Source: Mobula hypostoma
Lineage: Eukaryota
Direction: 5' to 3'
Length of the DNA stretch: 64,000 nucleotides
NCBI RefSeq assembly: GCF_963921235.1
Contig: NC_086097.1
Coordinates: 81,656,001-81,720,000, forward strand
The notes below the pieces were generated by a model. It was not told where the DNA came from, did no database searches, and saw only the letters and a program-made list of their open reading frames with translations. Positions 47,277 to 59,578 of this stretch are shown here, one piece after another. The stretch's first letter is position 1. Every line of letters starts with the position of its first letter. The translations under genes and the position numbers were made by a program.

Positions 47277-47617
47277 TATATAAATTTAAGATGTAACCTG
47301 ACATTTTCAGAGTCGTAAGACAATGGCTCCCCGTGATCACGATTTAAAGGGTTAACCGTATACCAGGGTCTGTGTCTTTATTTCTATTTGTCAACGGGGT
47401 AAAGTCTCTCTTGGTAAATTGGCGATAAAATTCTTTTACAGTAATATACGATAAGTCAGGGTAAATTCTTTGACAATCTCCAAATAATCTAGGAAGATCC
47501 TTATTCTTAGAAGGACCAAGATATGCAAAGTGCAAATTTCTTTTGTTTGAGCTATTCCTAGAGGAACCCTCTAGGAATATGATGATGGTCCAGTTTGGAA
47601 TTTGCTCAATGAAAACT
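47277..47617 (-). other. Putative non-coding exon (341 nt) of the host transcript
   Basis: tctgttctgtgttgcag| acceptor and ATA|GTAAGT donor in unique sequence. Confidence 0.5.
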
Positions 47618-47789
47618 CTGCAACACAGAACAGACAATGTAAATCTAATGCCACAGTGCAAGTCAATTTTACTTACCACTGGCTTGAGTGCAAGCTCCAA
47701 ACATGAAGTTTTCAAACAGTTTATCTTCAATTAGAAATCAGTAAATCAGAATTCAACTGGGACTTTACCCATCAGCACAGTCTTACCCC

Positions 47790-48270
47790 TTTTAGAACCC
47801 AGAACAGTACAACACAGGAACAGGCCTTTTTAATCCAATTAAATTAGCAATCAAATGGCCAACCTAACTAATTCCCTACGTCCATATCTCTCCATCGTCC
47901 TCACATTCATGTGCCTATCTGAACATCTCTCAAAAGTCTCTACTGTAACTACCTCTACCACCACTGCAGGCACCCGCCACTGTATAATAAACTTGCCCCT
48001 CACATCCACTGTGAAATTACTCCCTCTCACCTTTAATGCATGTCCTTTGGTATTATACATTTCAACCCTGGGAAAAAGATACTGCCTGTCTCTTCTATCT
48101 ATGCCTCTCATAATCTTATAAACCTCAATCAGATCTCCCCACAGCCTCCACCGCTCCAGAGAAAACTGCTCAATTGGTCCAACCTCTCACGACAGCACAT
48201 GTCCTCTAATCCAGGCAGCATCCCGGCACACCTCTTCTGCACCCTCTCCAAAGCCTCAACATCCTTCCTT
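47790..48270 (-). mobile_element. CR1 3' fragment
   Basis: MRGIDR..LFPRVE..TKGHALKVRG. Confidence 0.85.
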
Positions 48271-48272
48271 TA

Positions 48273-49385
48273 AAAGTTGCTGGTGAACGCAGCAGGCCAG
48301 GCAGCATCTCTAGGAAGAGGTGCAGTCGACATTTCAGGCAGAGACCCTTCGTCAGGACTAACTGAAGGAAGAGTGAGTAAGGGATTTAAAAGTTGGAGGG
48401 GGAGGGGGAGATCCAAAATGATAGGAGAAGACAGGAGGGGGAGGGATGGAGCCAAGAGCTGGACAGGTGATAGGCAAAAGGGATACGAGAGGATCATGGG
48501 ACAGGAGGTCCGGGAAGAAAGACGGGGGGGGGGAACCCAGAGGATGGGCAAGGGGTATATTCAGAGGGACAGAGGGAGAAAAAGGAGAGTGAGAGAAAGA
48601 ATGTGTGCATAAAAATAAGTAACAGATGGGGTACGAGGGGGAGGTGGGGCATTAGCGGAAGTTAGAGAAGTCGATGTTCATGCCATCAGGTTGGAGGCTA
48701 CCCAGATGGAATATAAGGTGTTGTTCCTCCAATCTGAGTGTGGCTTCATCTTTACAGTAGAGGAGGCCGTGGATGGACATGTCAGAATGGTAATGGGATG
48801 TGGAATTAAAATGTGTGGCCACTGGGAGATCCTGCTTTCTCTGGCGGACAGAGCGTATGTGTTCAGCAAAGCGGTCTCCCAGTCTGCGTCGGGTCTCGCC
48901 AATATATAAAAGGCCACATCGTGAGCACCGGACGCAGTATATCACCCCAGCCGACTCACAGGTGAAGTGTCACCTCACCTGGAAGGACTGTTTGGGGCCC
49001 TGAATGGTGGTAAGGGAGGAAGTGTAAGGGCATGTGTAGCACTTGTTCTGCTTACATGGATAAGTGCCAGGAGGGAGATCAGTGGGGAGGGATGGGGGGG
49101 ACAAATGGACAAGGGAGTTGGGTAGGGAGCGATCCCTGCGGAATGCGGGGGGGGGGAGGGAAAGATGTGCTTAGTGGTGGGATCCCGCTGGAGGTGGCGG
49201 AAGTTACGGAGAATAATATGTTGGACCCGGAGGCTGGTGGGGTGGTAGGTGAGGACCAGGGGAACCCTATTCCTAGTGGGGTGGCGGGAGGATGGAGTGA
49301 GAGCAGATGTAACTGGCACTTATCCATGTAAGCGGAACAAGTGCTACACATGCCCTTACACTTCCTCCCTTACCACCATTCAGGG
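48273..49385 (-). mobile_element. Truncated PLE (related subfamily) with a short 5' fold-back inversion
   Basis: Antisense copy 48273-49311; 49313-49385 is the reverse complement of about 48997-49070. Confidence 0.92.
48324..48359 (-). ncRNA. Minimal hammerhead ribozyme with a stem III variant
   Basis: AGUC CUGACGA AGGGUCUCUGCCU GAAA UG UC GACU; core intact, ACGU palindrome changed to AUGU. Confidence 0.8.
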
Positions 49386-49466
49386 TTCACCACATATTCT
49401 CCTCCAATGCCTCTCTCCTGCTGCACGCTACAGCAGAACTATCCTCACTCCACCCATTCCATTTTA

Positions 49467-50999
49467 CAGGAGTCCCCCGCTTTTCGAACATTCGCTTTAC
49501 GAAACCTCACTGTTACGAAAGACCTACATTAGTAACCTGTTTTCGCTAACAGAAGGTGTTTTCACTGTTACGTGAAAAGCAGCGCGCGATAAAAAACCAA
49601 CACGCGAAAAAATCAGTGCGCCCCGAGCAGCCGCTCTCCCCCAGATTCGGAACGGCATTCTCGCCAGCATTGCTTAAACACGTGTCTGTGAGCAGCCGTT
49701 TGCAAGATGAGTTCTAAGGTGTCGGAAAAGCCTGAAAGAGCTCGTAAGGGTGTTACACTTAGCGTAAAACTGGACAGAATTAAGCGTTTCAATCGTGGTG
49801 AATGAAGTAGGGACAACGTGAGTTTGGCTTGTGGAAGCTGACGAAGATTATGTTGAAGAGGTTTTGGCATCCCACGACCAAGAACTGATAGATGCTGATG
49901 CAATTGGAAGAGGAAAGGATAACAATCGAAACCGAATGCAGTAGCAAAAGTGCAGCAAATGCATGAGATTTTCCCTGCAATGATAAAGTACAACTTTAAT
50001 TTTGAAAGGGTATGTAGGTTTACGGGATATTTGCAGGATGGTTTGAGTGCTTACAAAGAACTGTATGACAGAAAAATGCACGAGGCTCAGCGGTCAAGCA
50101 AGCCTTCCACATCAGCCACAGCAGATGACGAACCTCGACCTTCGACATCGAGGCAGGCAGACATGGAAGAAGATGACCTGCTTGCCCTGATGGAAGCAGA
50201 TGACACCCCAGTGTCCCACCACCCCAACCCCTGGGCCGTGGACAGATACCGATTCGCTGAGAATGCAGCGGTAGCCGGGAGGCACACAGCACATCTTTAA
50301 GAAAAAAGCCGAAATAAACATGCTAATTATTAGGTGCCGACAATTACATGCCGGGTAGCACCTAATTAATTAGCATGTCTATTTCGGCTTTTTTCTTAAA
50401 GATGTGCTGGGTGCCTCTAAGCTACCGCTGCATTCTTCACGGATCGGTATCGGGTCGCTTCCCAGAGATTGGGGGTCACTGCACCAACCAAATCTGCGAC
50501 GACTCAGTCTAACACACCATCATCAGTGTGCTCGCTGTCTTCCCGATTCCCTTAAGTGATACAACACTGTACATACATTATTTCTACTTTATATAGGCTG
50601 TGTATTTTTACGTGTTATTTGGTATGATTTGGCAGCTTCATAGCTGAAAAGTTATTGGAGAGAGTGTTTTTGCCAACAGCGCTTGCGTGAGATTTTCTGC
50701 CAACGGTGCTTGCGTGAGATTTTTGCGACAGAGATCTGTGCAGGCAATCATTGTAGAGAAGTATTTCTACTTTATATAGGCTGTGTATTTAGCATATCAT
50801 TCCTGCTTTTACTATATGTTACTGTTATTTTAGGTTTTATGTGTTATTTGGCATGATTTGGTAGGTTATTTTTGGGTCTGCGAATGCTCACAAAATTTTC
50901 CCATATAAATAAATGGTAATTGCTTCTTCGCTTTACGACATTCTGGCTTACGAACAGTTTCATAGGAACGCTCTACCTTCGGATGGCGGGGGAAACCTG
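49467..50999 (+). mobile_element. Tigger/pogo-type internally deleted DNA transposon, second copy in inverted orientation
   Basis: TA|caggagtcccccgc ... gcgggggaaacctg|TA; homologous along its length to 44661-46192. Confidence 0.88.
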
Positions 51000-53068
51000 T
51001 ATTTCATTTAGAGATACAACACGGTAACCGGCCCGTCAAGCCTGTCAAACCCACGCCATCCAATTACCCCCATGTGATCAATTAACCCACTAACTGTGAG
51101 TCTTTGGAGTGCGGAGGAAAATGGAACGCCGACCCAATCATGAATTGGAGCCAGCTCTCATGCGACCATATCAATCACCTCTTCCTGAGCTCCCTTTTCT
51201 TCCACATCCATACAATGCCCTAAGAAAATATCATATAGAAACATATAAGCAGCTTCTACATGAGCAATGACAGTTCGTAACACTTCCATTCCCTCTCACC
51301 ATCATTCCCTTTCAACCCTCTACCAGCTCAGATGAGTGGTCCAACATCCAGTATCTGCTGGGTGAACCATAATTTCAAAAATACAATATAAATAGATGTT
51401 GCCTGACCTGCCAGGGTATTTTTTGTGTTGCTTTCGATTTCCAGGATCTGCAGACTTTCCTGTCTATATAAATAAAAGGTATTGCTGCCACATCAACCTG
51501 GGATCTCCTCTCAAACACGACTGATCAGCAAAGCATCGGCAATGGCATTGTGATCCAGCAACCCCAGTTGTATTCTCTCCCTAATCACCTGTTACATAAC
51601 TTTAAAAACCAACATCAGAAATAACTGGAAGGCACAAAAATCAATAACAGTTTTCACTTTATTCTACCTTCACTCAGCTGCATTTTGAACTAGATATCAA
51701 GTACACTGGGCTTTTTTGTGCTAATCTCAATGAAGTGAAATGCCAGGCAGGGTCTAGGAGAGCTTGAGTATGATATACAAACTAAGATATGTCAACAGTG
51801 AAATTGATTTGAATTTACGGGTTTGTGATCATTGCACACACCATTAAAATTCTGGAATAAAGAAGATGTTGTGCAATGAGGCAAAGCCTCAGAGGTGGGA
51901 TGGATTAAGCTGGTTGGCACATCTCTGATAAACCTAGTCACTCTCAGCTCGACATAAAATGGCCCAAAAATCATTCATTTTGAAATTATTGTTCCAAGAA
52001 TCCCAGCCAATGTCTGCTATATTTGAAACAGGAATCACAGATGTAAATAATTTTGAGCAATTTATTTTAAAAGCCAAGGTCTCTGATATTGCAGTAGGAT
52101 AACTGCCTGATAGGAAACCAGAACGAGATGTTAGAGATATTTCACTTAACCTGCACTTCTGGCTGTTGATACCAGCAGCAAGAAATATCCAGGTTCTGCC
52201 TGACACCTAGTGCCTGCTGCTGAGTTCTATCTAGGCTGTTACTGCTGGCAATAAATATGCTTAGACAGTAACTGCTGAATACAAACCGATGCAAAACATA
52301 TGCCCTAATTGAATATGCTTTTTCCATGGTTTAAAATCCATTAAAAATCAAAAGAATAAACAGTGGTGTGCTTCTCTGTTATACGAGCTCCCCCAGCAGA
52401 CTACTCTGGATGTCCATAGCAGGCAACTCAATAAGGCTGAACCTTAAACAAATTGCCTACCATTTTCATCTGGCAGGATTATTCAATTATGCAATAGGTG
52501 ATTTCTAAAATCTGTCCATTGTTGCATCGTCTTATAGTCAATCTTTCCCTCACTACCCCTCTTCCCCCTCCCACACACACATACAACTCTGCCCTTTAAT
52601 TTACTATTGGAATATAAAGAAAATAAAATATCGGGGTTAACAACTTGGCGTTTTCTTATTGCATTGAAGAAACAACCTGTTATGTCTTGTAGGTTACAAC
52701 AGTCACAAACCAATCAGTATTTCTGAACCTATGTCTGATGCGCTGATTGCACATCACATCTTTGATCTGCTTAATGAATAGAATACCGGGGGCGGGGGTG
52801 TTAGAGATGGATTTGAATTTCAGCCTTTCTAATGATCAGACATTCAACATGTACAGCACTGCCATAAACATCACTTTGATCATGATGCAATTTAAAATTC
52901 TATATCAGACCCAAGTGCCATATAAGTGAAACTGTAAAAGAACAGAACAGCATCTACAAATATATTCGCCGTGTCCTGGAAGTTCATAAGACCAACCACT
53001 CAATCCCAACCACCAAAGCACATGATCAAACCTTTCTGAGTGTCTCCAATACTTTAATTTCTACATAC

Positions 53069-53227
53069 CTTGGACAACCCTGTAAAGCTGGTGGAAACAG
53101 TTTGGCAAGAGGCAGAAACAGTTGCAACACCGTGGGAAAAGGACAGAGGGATGGAACGAACTGGAAAGCTCTTCTGACAATGCAAGTACTGTACGGTACA
53201 ACTGTTTGGGATGAACAGCCTCCCAAT
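53069..53227 (-). other. Putative exon 2 (159 nt) of the host transcript
   Basis: atcttgtgcttcag| acceptor and CAAG|GTATGT donor; no ATG. Confidence 0.5.
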
Positions 53228-54689
53228 CTGAAGCACAAGATATAACGCTGGTTCTAATAGATTTACATCTCAACAATTTAAACCATTGTTTGGGTTTTGT
53301 CAGAAGAGACATTAAAGGCAAATTATGCACACTCATACAATTCGCTTCTGAAGCTTTCTCCTCACATTTTATGGCAAGCTGTTCTAGCAATATTTTTCAA
53401 TTACCTTTGTTCACACTGTCTTTCAAAGTTACCCAAAAACACACATGGCTGCAAACTGAAAGGCTCCACCAATTCAGTATCATGGATGCCATCCTGATAT
53501 TAGGCAAGAATTAAATCTGTGCATTAACTGTAGTTTCTCCATGTGCAATTATTATACACTGAGAAGGAGATTATACATCTCTGATTCTATTACGTTACCC
53601 GCATTAAGCTACCTCTAACGAAAATTGGGCTGACGGATTGATCCCAAAAATGAACACATCTTGCACATATTGTTACCGCCACCTCTGAGCAATAATCCAG
53701 TCCATCTAATCTAATCTATACTGTTATTTCTCTGCCACCAACTCCTGCATCACTCCCCCCAAAAAATCTTACCTCTCTTTGCTGCCTTTTTGACACTAAA
53801 GCAATCTCTCCCTTACTTACTCCAAACTCATCATCCAACTCCACGAAAAACTCCGAATGATCCATGGTCTTTTGAAGGATGTTCATACTAGTTTAGCTTC
53901 ATCGGGGATTGCTAGTTGCCATGAGCACATAAACCATTTAGTCTTGCTTTGGTCCCAATATCCTCCTGTTCAATTCCTCAAGAGGCAATTCCTAACAATC
54001 AACCTCTTCGTGAACTTAACACACATGGAAAACTCACCCAGTCCCCTGGTTCCTGACATAAATACAACTCAATATTCTCCCACAAATTAGGTCAAGGTAA
54101 TCTTTCCTCTTCAAAACACTTCCTTCTATTTAATTCAAAATGCAGTCAATATACTCGTGTTCGCGTCAAAAGGCACAGTTTGCCTATTTCAACTTTGAAA
54201 CTCATTCATAAACCTATTATTGTGACCATTTTGTTGTTCTTCAGTCGATTTCCAATAAGACTGTGACATCTAGTAACTGGACTTGTAACAACTGCTCGCA
54301 AGCAACTAAAAAGGGGCGAAATCGAGAGCTCGCCAACCCTTCCTTTTTCATTCATCTGTACAACCGACTGACAAAGATACAAGTCCCAGCAGAAGTCAAT
54401 ATCAAACGCCGAGCTAACTCGAACAACTCGCATATGTCAACCAAACGAAGTTATCCCGTGTGCGGCCACCTAAAACACTGTAAACTCTAAGCATTATTAT
54501 TTTAAAACACTATACAGAATGCTCACTGTCAAATATATAACCCGTTCCACTTCTCAAGAAAAGGTCAGATTTTAATTAGGCTATACATAAAGGGTGGGCA
54601 GCGTTTACAGCAGCTGCCTGCAATGTGTAGAATGTGGAACATTACGGAATTCACTTTCTTCCAAAATAACGCCGAACGACTTTCCTTTC

Positions 54690-55330
54690 CAGCAAACCCC
54701 TCTCAACCCAGCGCACGGAAAGGTCCCGCGTCACATGGATCCCCCCCCCTTCCCTTCCCTTCCCTTCCCTTTCCTTTCCTTTCCTTTCCCTCCCTGTCGT
54801 TCATAATGAGACGCCAAGGCCCCGAGTTATAACGGTCCAACAGAGGCTGCTGCGGCTAAGGATGTGTTAAAGCCGCCCACCGCTATTTCCAGAGAGGCGG
54901 GAACAGCAGCAACAACAGGCCGCTTGCCAGGAGCTCCGGCTCGGCTGAGCGGTGCCGCTCCGCTCCGGCCCGTTCCCCCGTTTGAGAGATCGACACACAA
55001 CGACGCGCACGGAGAAGGAGGGAGGGAGAGTGAGTTGGGGCTACAGACCTGCCGCTGGGAGGTTCCGAGGTTCCGGCTCCGCTGACGAGCTTCCCTCCGT
55101 CGCTTGTTTTTGAAAGATGTTTTTTTCAAAAATAAAAAGAAAAGCCTCTCAGATCGCGTCAGGGAGTAAGTTGGCGGAAGCGGCAACTCCAGCTGTGCGT
55201 ATGTGGGAGAGAGAATGACCGAAGAGTTGTGAGGGGAAAGCGGGCAGGCGCGGGAGAAGCAGCCGCCAGCCGGCTTCACTGACTCAGTGAGTGAGAGTCT
55301 GCTCACAGCTCAGATCAGCTCAAGCCTTCT
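54690..55330 (-). promoter_or_regulatory. CpG-island promoter and first exon region
   Basis: Unique GC/CpG-rich block, ETS-like gcggaagc, AP-1 site inside the palindrome tcactgactcagtga (55276-55290), candidate donor CAG|GTCTGT at 55049/55048. Strand is inferred from downstream splice sites. Confidence 0.7.
54748..54795. repeat. Polypyrimidine (CCTTC/CCTTT)n tract
   Basis: Visible directly in the sequence. Confidence 0.85.
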
Positions 55331-56584
55331 CAGACACACACACACACATACGCTATGCGCATGCCCCCACCCCCGTCCACTTGGTGCACACCAAGAGCCA
55401 GCTGAGCAATTGCACTCCAGTTTCTCCGAAATCCCCGTTCAATTCCATTCTGAATGTGTGCGCGTTTGTCATTGCTACTGGTGTCCGTAAACATGCTCAT
55501 CAAGATCTGTATCTTGTAAGATCTCCAGCATTTTGTGTGGTGCTCAAGATTTCCAGTATCTGCAGAATTTCTTGAGTTTATTATTAAGATCCGAACAACG
55601 AGACGCGTTTACAAGGAGTCTTAACATTTTCTTCCGCTGTACTCGCACAGATTAGGAATTGGGATGTATTTTTTTTACTACTGAAGCGCATCTCAAAGCA
55701 TATTTAAGTCCTTCCAAACCTCTGATGAAAATGATGCACACTGATCGCGGTTTTTCGTCATGTTTCTTGAATATAGTATTGGAGCGCATCAAAACTTTAT
55801 AAAGAATATTTCTCTGTAAATATATTTGTAGACTGAAAATATATTACAATGCATTTATATATGAAATGAACTTCCAGAAAACTGGCTAACAATATGAAAA
55901 CCATTACACGACTCTAGCTTCCAATGTATCTGACACATGTATTCAATCATTTTTGTTCTTAAAGGAAATGATAGTTATGTTCAAGTATCTTTCAAGCTGA
56001 TTCAGATACTCTGATTATGACGTAGTATGAACAGAATCATCATTTACACTAAATCTGCCACGAAGCAAGTTTTCATTAATTTGTTGGATCCCTTTTCTAC
56101 TAATTAATAGTAATGTATTTAAAGAGTTAAACACAACTTGTCTGATCACTGCATAACTGTAGGAATCAGAATAGTTCTATTAATTATTCATAAACACCTT
56201 TTAATTAAATAAATAATGCATTCTCTACTACATATAATTATGACTATTTAGTGGATGAAATATTCGCAATTACATTGGGACCAGAGATGTTTGCCTTCTA
56301 ATTTGCTGTAATACATTCACTTTCAAGAATCATTATGGATGTTATACACACTGAATCAATTATACAAGTTGCATTCCTTAATACAAAGTTATTAATCATT
56401 CTTAGTTATTTTTAAAAGGACCACATAAAATAATTTATTGTTGTAAAATATTTTTATTTATATATTAAGGACATAGAACCACACAAGCAAATGCATCATA
56501 GTAGATAAGACAACAAATTCTCAATTTGGGCCCAATGGAACCCATTTACCCAACTAAAAGTACTAAGATTGTGTTTATTAGAAG

Positions 56585-56835
56585 GACATCCCATTAGAAC
56601 AGAAATGAGGAGGAATTTCTTTAGCCAGAGGTTGACGGATCTGTAGAATTCATTGCCAAAGACAGCTATGAAGGACAAGTCATTAAAAGTAAGTTAGATA
56701 GGTTCTTGACTAGTAAGCGTGTTAAAGGTTACATGGAGAATGCAGGAGAATGGGGTTGAGGGGGGAGAAATCAGCTGTGATCAAATGGTAGTTTCAATGG
56801 ATCGCAAAGCGGAATTCTACTTATGTATCTTATAG
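56585..56835 (+). mobile_element. CR1 3' tail fragment
   Basis: agaacagaaatgaggaggaatttctttagccagag, shared with about 60918-61170. Confidence 0.75.
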
Positions 56836-58030
56836 TATCATAGCTTATTCAGGATTGCAAGGATTGTATCCACAATCAGACAACAGCCCCCTTACAGCCA
56901 TCTGCCCATGGCCCATGGCATTCCAGATGGATCCAAATGCAACTGGGCAACCTTCTCAGTCAAGCAGGTACTACATACCCCATCTATGATGACATCAATC
57001 AGCCAGCGAACCATGTACACTGGCTCCTAGGTTCCAGACTGGAAGCTCAAGTGGGCTGGGTGGTCCATGGACAAGTGGCTTGAGGCAGAGCATGTGGAAG
57101 GTAGGTGTGATCCTGGGGATGGTGGCAGCTGGAGAAGGTAAGCAACTGGATTGATGTGATGGGTAATTTTCAAAGGACCAGTGAACCGGGGCGCGAGCTT
57201 GTGGGAGTCAGTTCGCAGGGGCAGATCTCGGTTAGGTAGTCAGACACTGTCCCCAGACCGAAATCGTCTGGCTGGTCACCAAGTGCTGTCAGTTGGCAGC
57301 AGTAGGCATGGTTGGCAGCTAGGATTGCCCTTCATGCCTTCTTCCAAGCATGCAGGCATTAGTGAACCAGGGCCCTGTTGGCTCCTCCATGGGGAACAAT
57401 GGGGGTTGGTAACATGAATCTCTTCAAATGGTGAAATACCCATGACAGAGGAGGTGGGACAGCTCAGCCCGGAGCAGATACATCTCCCATGTGGGAAGGG
57501 TTAGAAGCAGCAAAGCAACACAGAAACTTTTCCACTTGCTGATTGGCTCTTTAAGATGGTCCATTGGTCTGCACATGATAGCCAGAGGACAAACTCAGGG
57601 AGGTGTGGAGGGGGAAGAATACAAGATACAAACCAACAAAGTGTAGACTATCCCAAAACATAACGTGGAAATCCCTGTGATGTTTCTCATGTTGCAGGGG
57701 TAAACACAATGCTCCTTCCACCTCAAAGGAAATGGCTGAACGATCTCACCCATTTTCTCTGCGTGTAATGGACTAGATTTAATTAGGAAGCCTAAAGTAA
57801 AGACACCCTGAAGATGCAGTGATCATAATATGACAGAATTCTCCCTACAATTTGAAAGGGAGAAGACAAAGTCAGATGTATCAGTATTAGAGTGGAGAAA
57901 AGGACATTACAGAGGCATGAGAGAAGAGCAGGCCAAAGTTGATTGGAAGGAACACAGTCAGGAAGCAAGGCAGAACAGCAATATCTATGGTTCCTGAGGG
58001 CAATCCCAAAGATGAAGAATTATTCTAAAG

Positions 58031-58094
58031 CAGGGCTACAAACCCCTCGGCTAATGATAAGGCTGCATGGCATAAAAAAGGTTGGGAACCCCTG
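58031..58094. mobile_element. 64-bp hAT MITE
   Basis: caggg...cccctg ends; perfect 8-bp TSD ttctaaag (58023-58030 and 58095-58102). Confidence 0.85.
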
Positions 58095-58511
58095 TTCTAA
58101 AGGAAGTATGAGGCAACTGTGGTTGACAGGGGAAGTCAAAGATAGTGTATATAATCTCGCAAAATTTAGTAGGAAGTTAGAGAATTGGGAAGCTTTTAAA
58201 AACGAAACAGAAGGCAATGGAAAAAAAATATAAGGAGAGAAAAGATTAAAAATGAAGATACAATAGCCAATAATATAAAAGAGGACACCAACAGTCTTTT
58301 TCAGACATATAAAGAATAAAATTGAGGCAAGAGTGGATATTGGACCACTGGAAAATGACACTGGTAGTAATGGGGGAACAAAGAAATGGTGGATGAACTT
58401 AATAAGTATTTTGTGTCATTCTTCACTGTGGAAGACACTAGTATGCCAGAAACTCAAGAATGTCAAAGAGCAGAAGTGAGTGCAGTTGCTATTACTAAGT
58501 AGAATTACTAA

Positions 58512-59578
58512 ACTGGAAGACCACAGTCTATGTGGATTGGTGATAACATGTCCTCGCTGACGATCAACACTGGCGCATCTCAGGGGTGTGTGATTAGCCC
58601 ACTGCTCTACTCTCTATATACATGCGACTGTGTGGCCAGGCATAGCTTAAGTACCATCTATACATTTGCTGATGATACAACCATTTTTGGTAGACTCTCA
58701 GGTGGCGACAAGAGGGCGTACAGGAGTGAGCTATGCCAACTAGTGGAGTGGTGTCGCAGCAACAACCTGGCACTCAACATCAGTAAGACGAAAGAGCTGA
58801 CTGCGGACTTCAGGAAGGGTAAGACAAAGGAACACATGGCAATCCTCTTAGAGGGATCAGAAGTGGAGAGAGTGAGCAGCTTCAAGTTCCTGGGTGTCAA
58901 GATCTCTGAGGATCTAACGTGGTCCCAACATATCGATGTAGTTATAAAGAAGGCAAGACAGCAGCTATACTTTATTAGGAGTTTGAAGAGATTTAGCATG
59001 TCAACAAGTACACTCAAAAACTTCTATAGTTGTACCATGGAGAGCATTCTGACAGGCTGCATCACTGTGTGGTATGGAGGGGCTAATGCACAGGACCAAA
59101 AGAAGCTGCAGGGGGTTGTAGATCTAGTCAGCTCTATCTTGGACACTAGCCTACAAAATATCCAGGACATCTTTAGGGAGTGGTGTCTCAGAAAGGCAGC
59201 ATCCATTATTAAGGACCTCCAGCACCCAAGGCATGCTCTTTTCTCACTGTTACCATCAGGTAGGAGGTACAGAAGCCTGAAGGCACACGCTTAGCGATTC
59301 AGGAACAGCCTCTTCCCCTCTGCCATCTGATTCCTAAATGGACATTGAACCCTTGGACACTACCTCATTTTTAAAAAAATATACAGTATTTCTGTTCTTT
59401 GCACGTTTTTAATCTAATCAATATACATATACTGTATTTGATTTACTTATTTATTCATTATTATTATTATTTTTTCCCTCTTCTATATTATGTATTGCAT
59501 TGAACTGCTGCTGCTAAGTTAACAAATTTCACGTCACATGCTAATAGTAATAAACCTGATTCTGATTCTGATTCTGAA
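58512..59578 (+). mobile_element. Rex1/Babar-like LINE 3' part nested in the CR1
   Basis: 254-aa ORF with TGASQGCVISPLLYSLYT, FADDTT, FKFLGV; tail aataaacc(tgattc)3. Confidence 0.92.

Noticed and set aside
47344..47730. 128-aa ORF as a host protein
   Set aside because: No recognisable domain, non-ATG start upstream of the splice acceptor, and a stop inside the putative exon.
54827..55306. 159-aa ORF in the CpG island
   Set aside because: Low-information ORF typical of GC-rich promoters.
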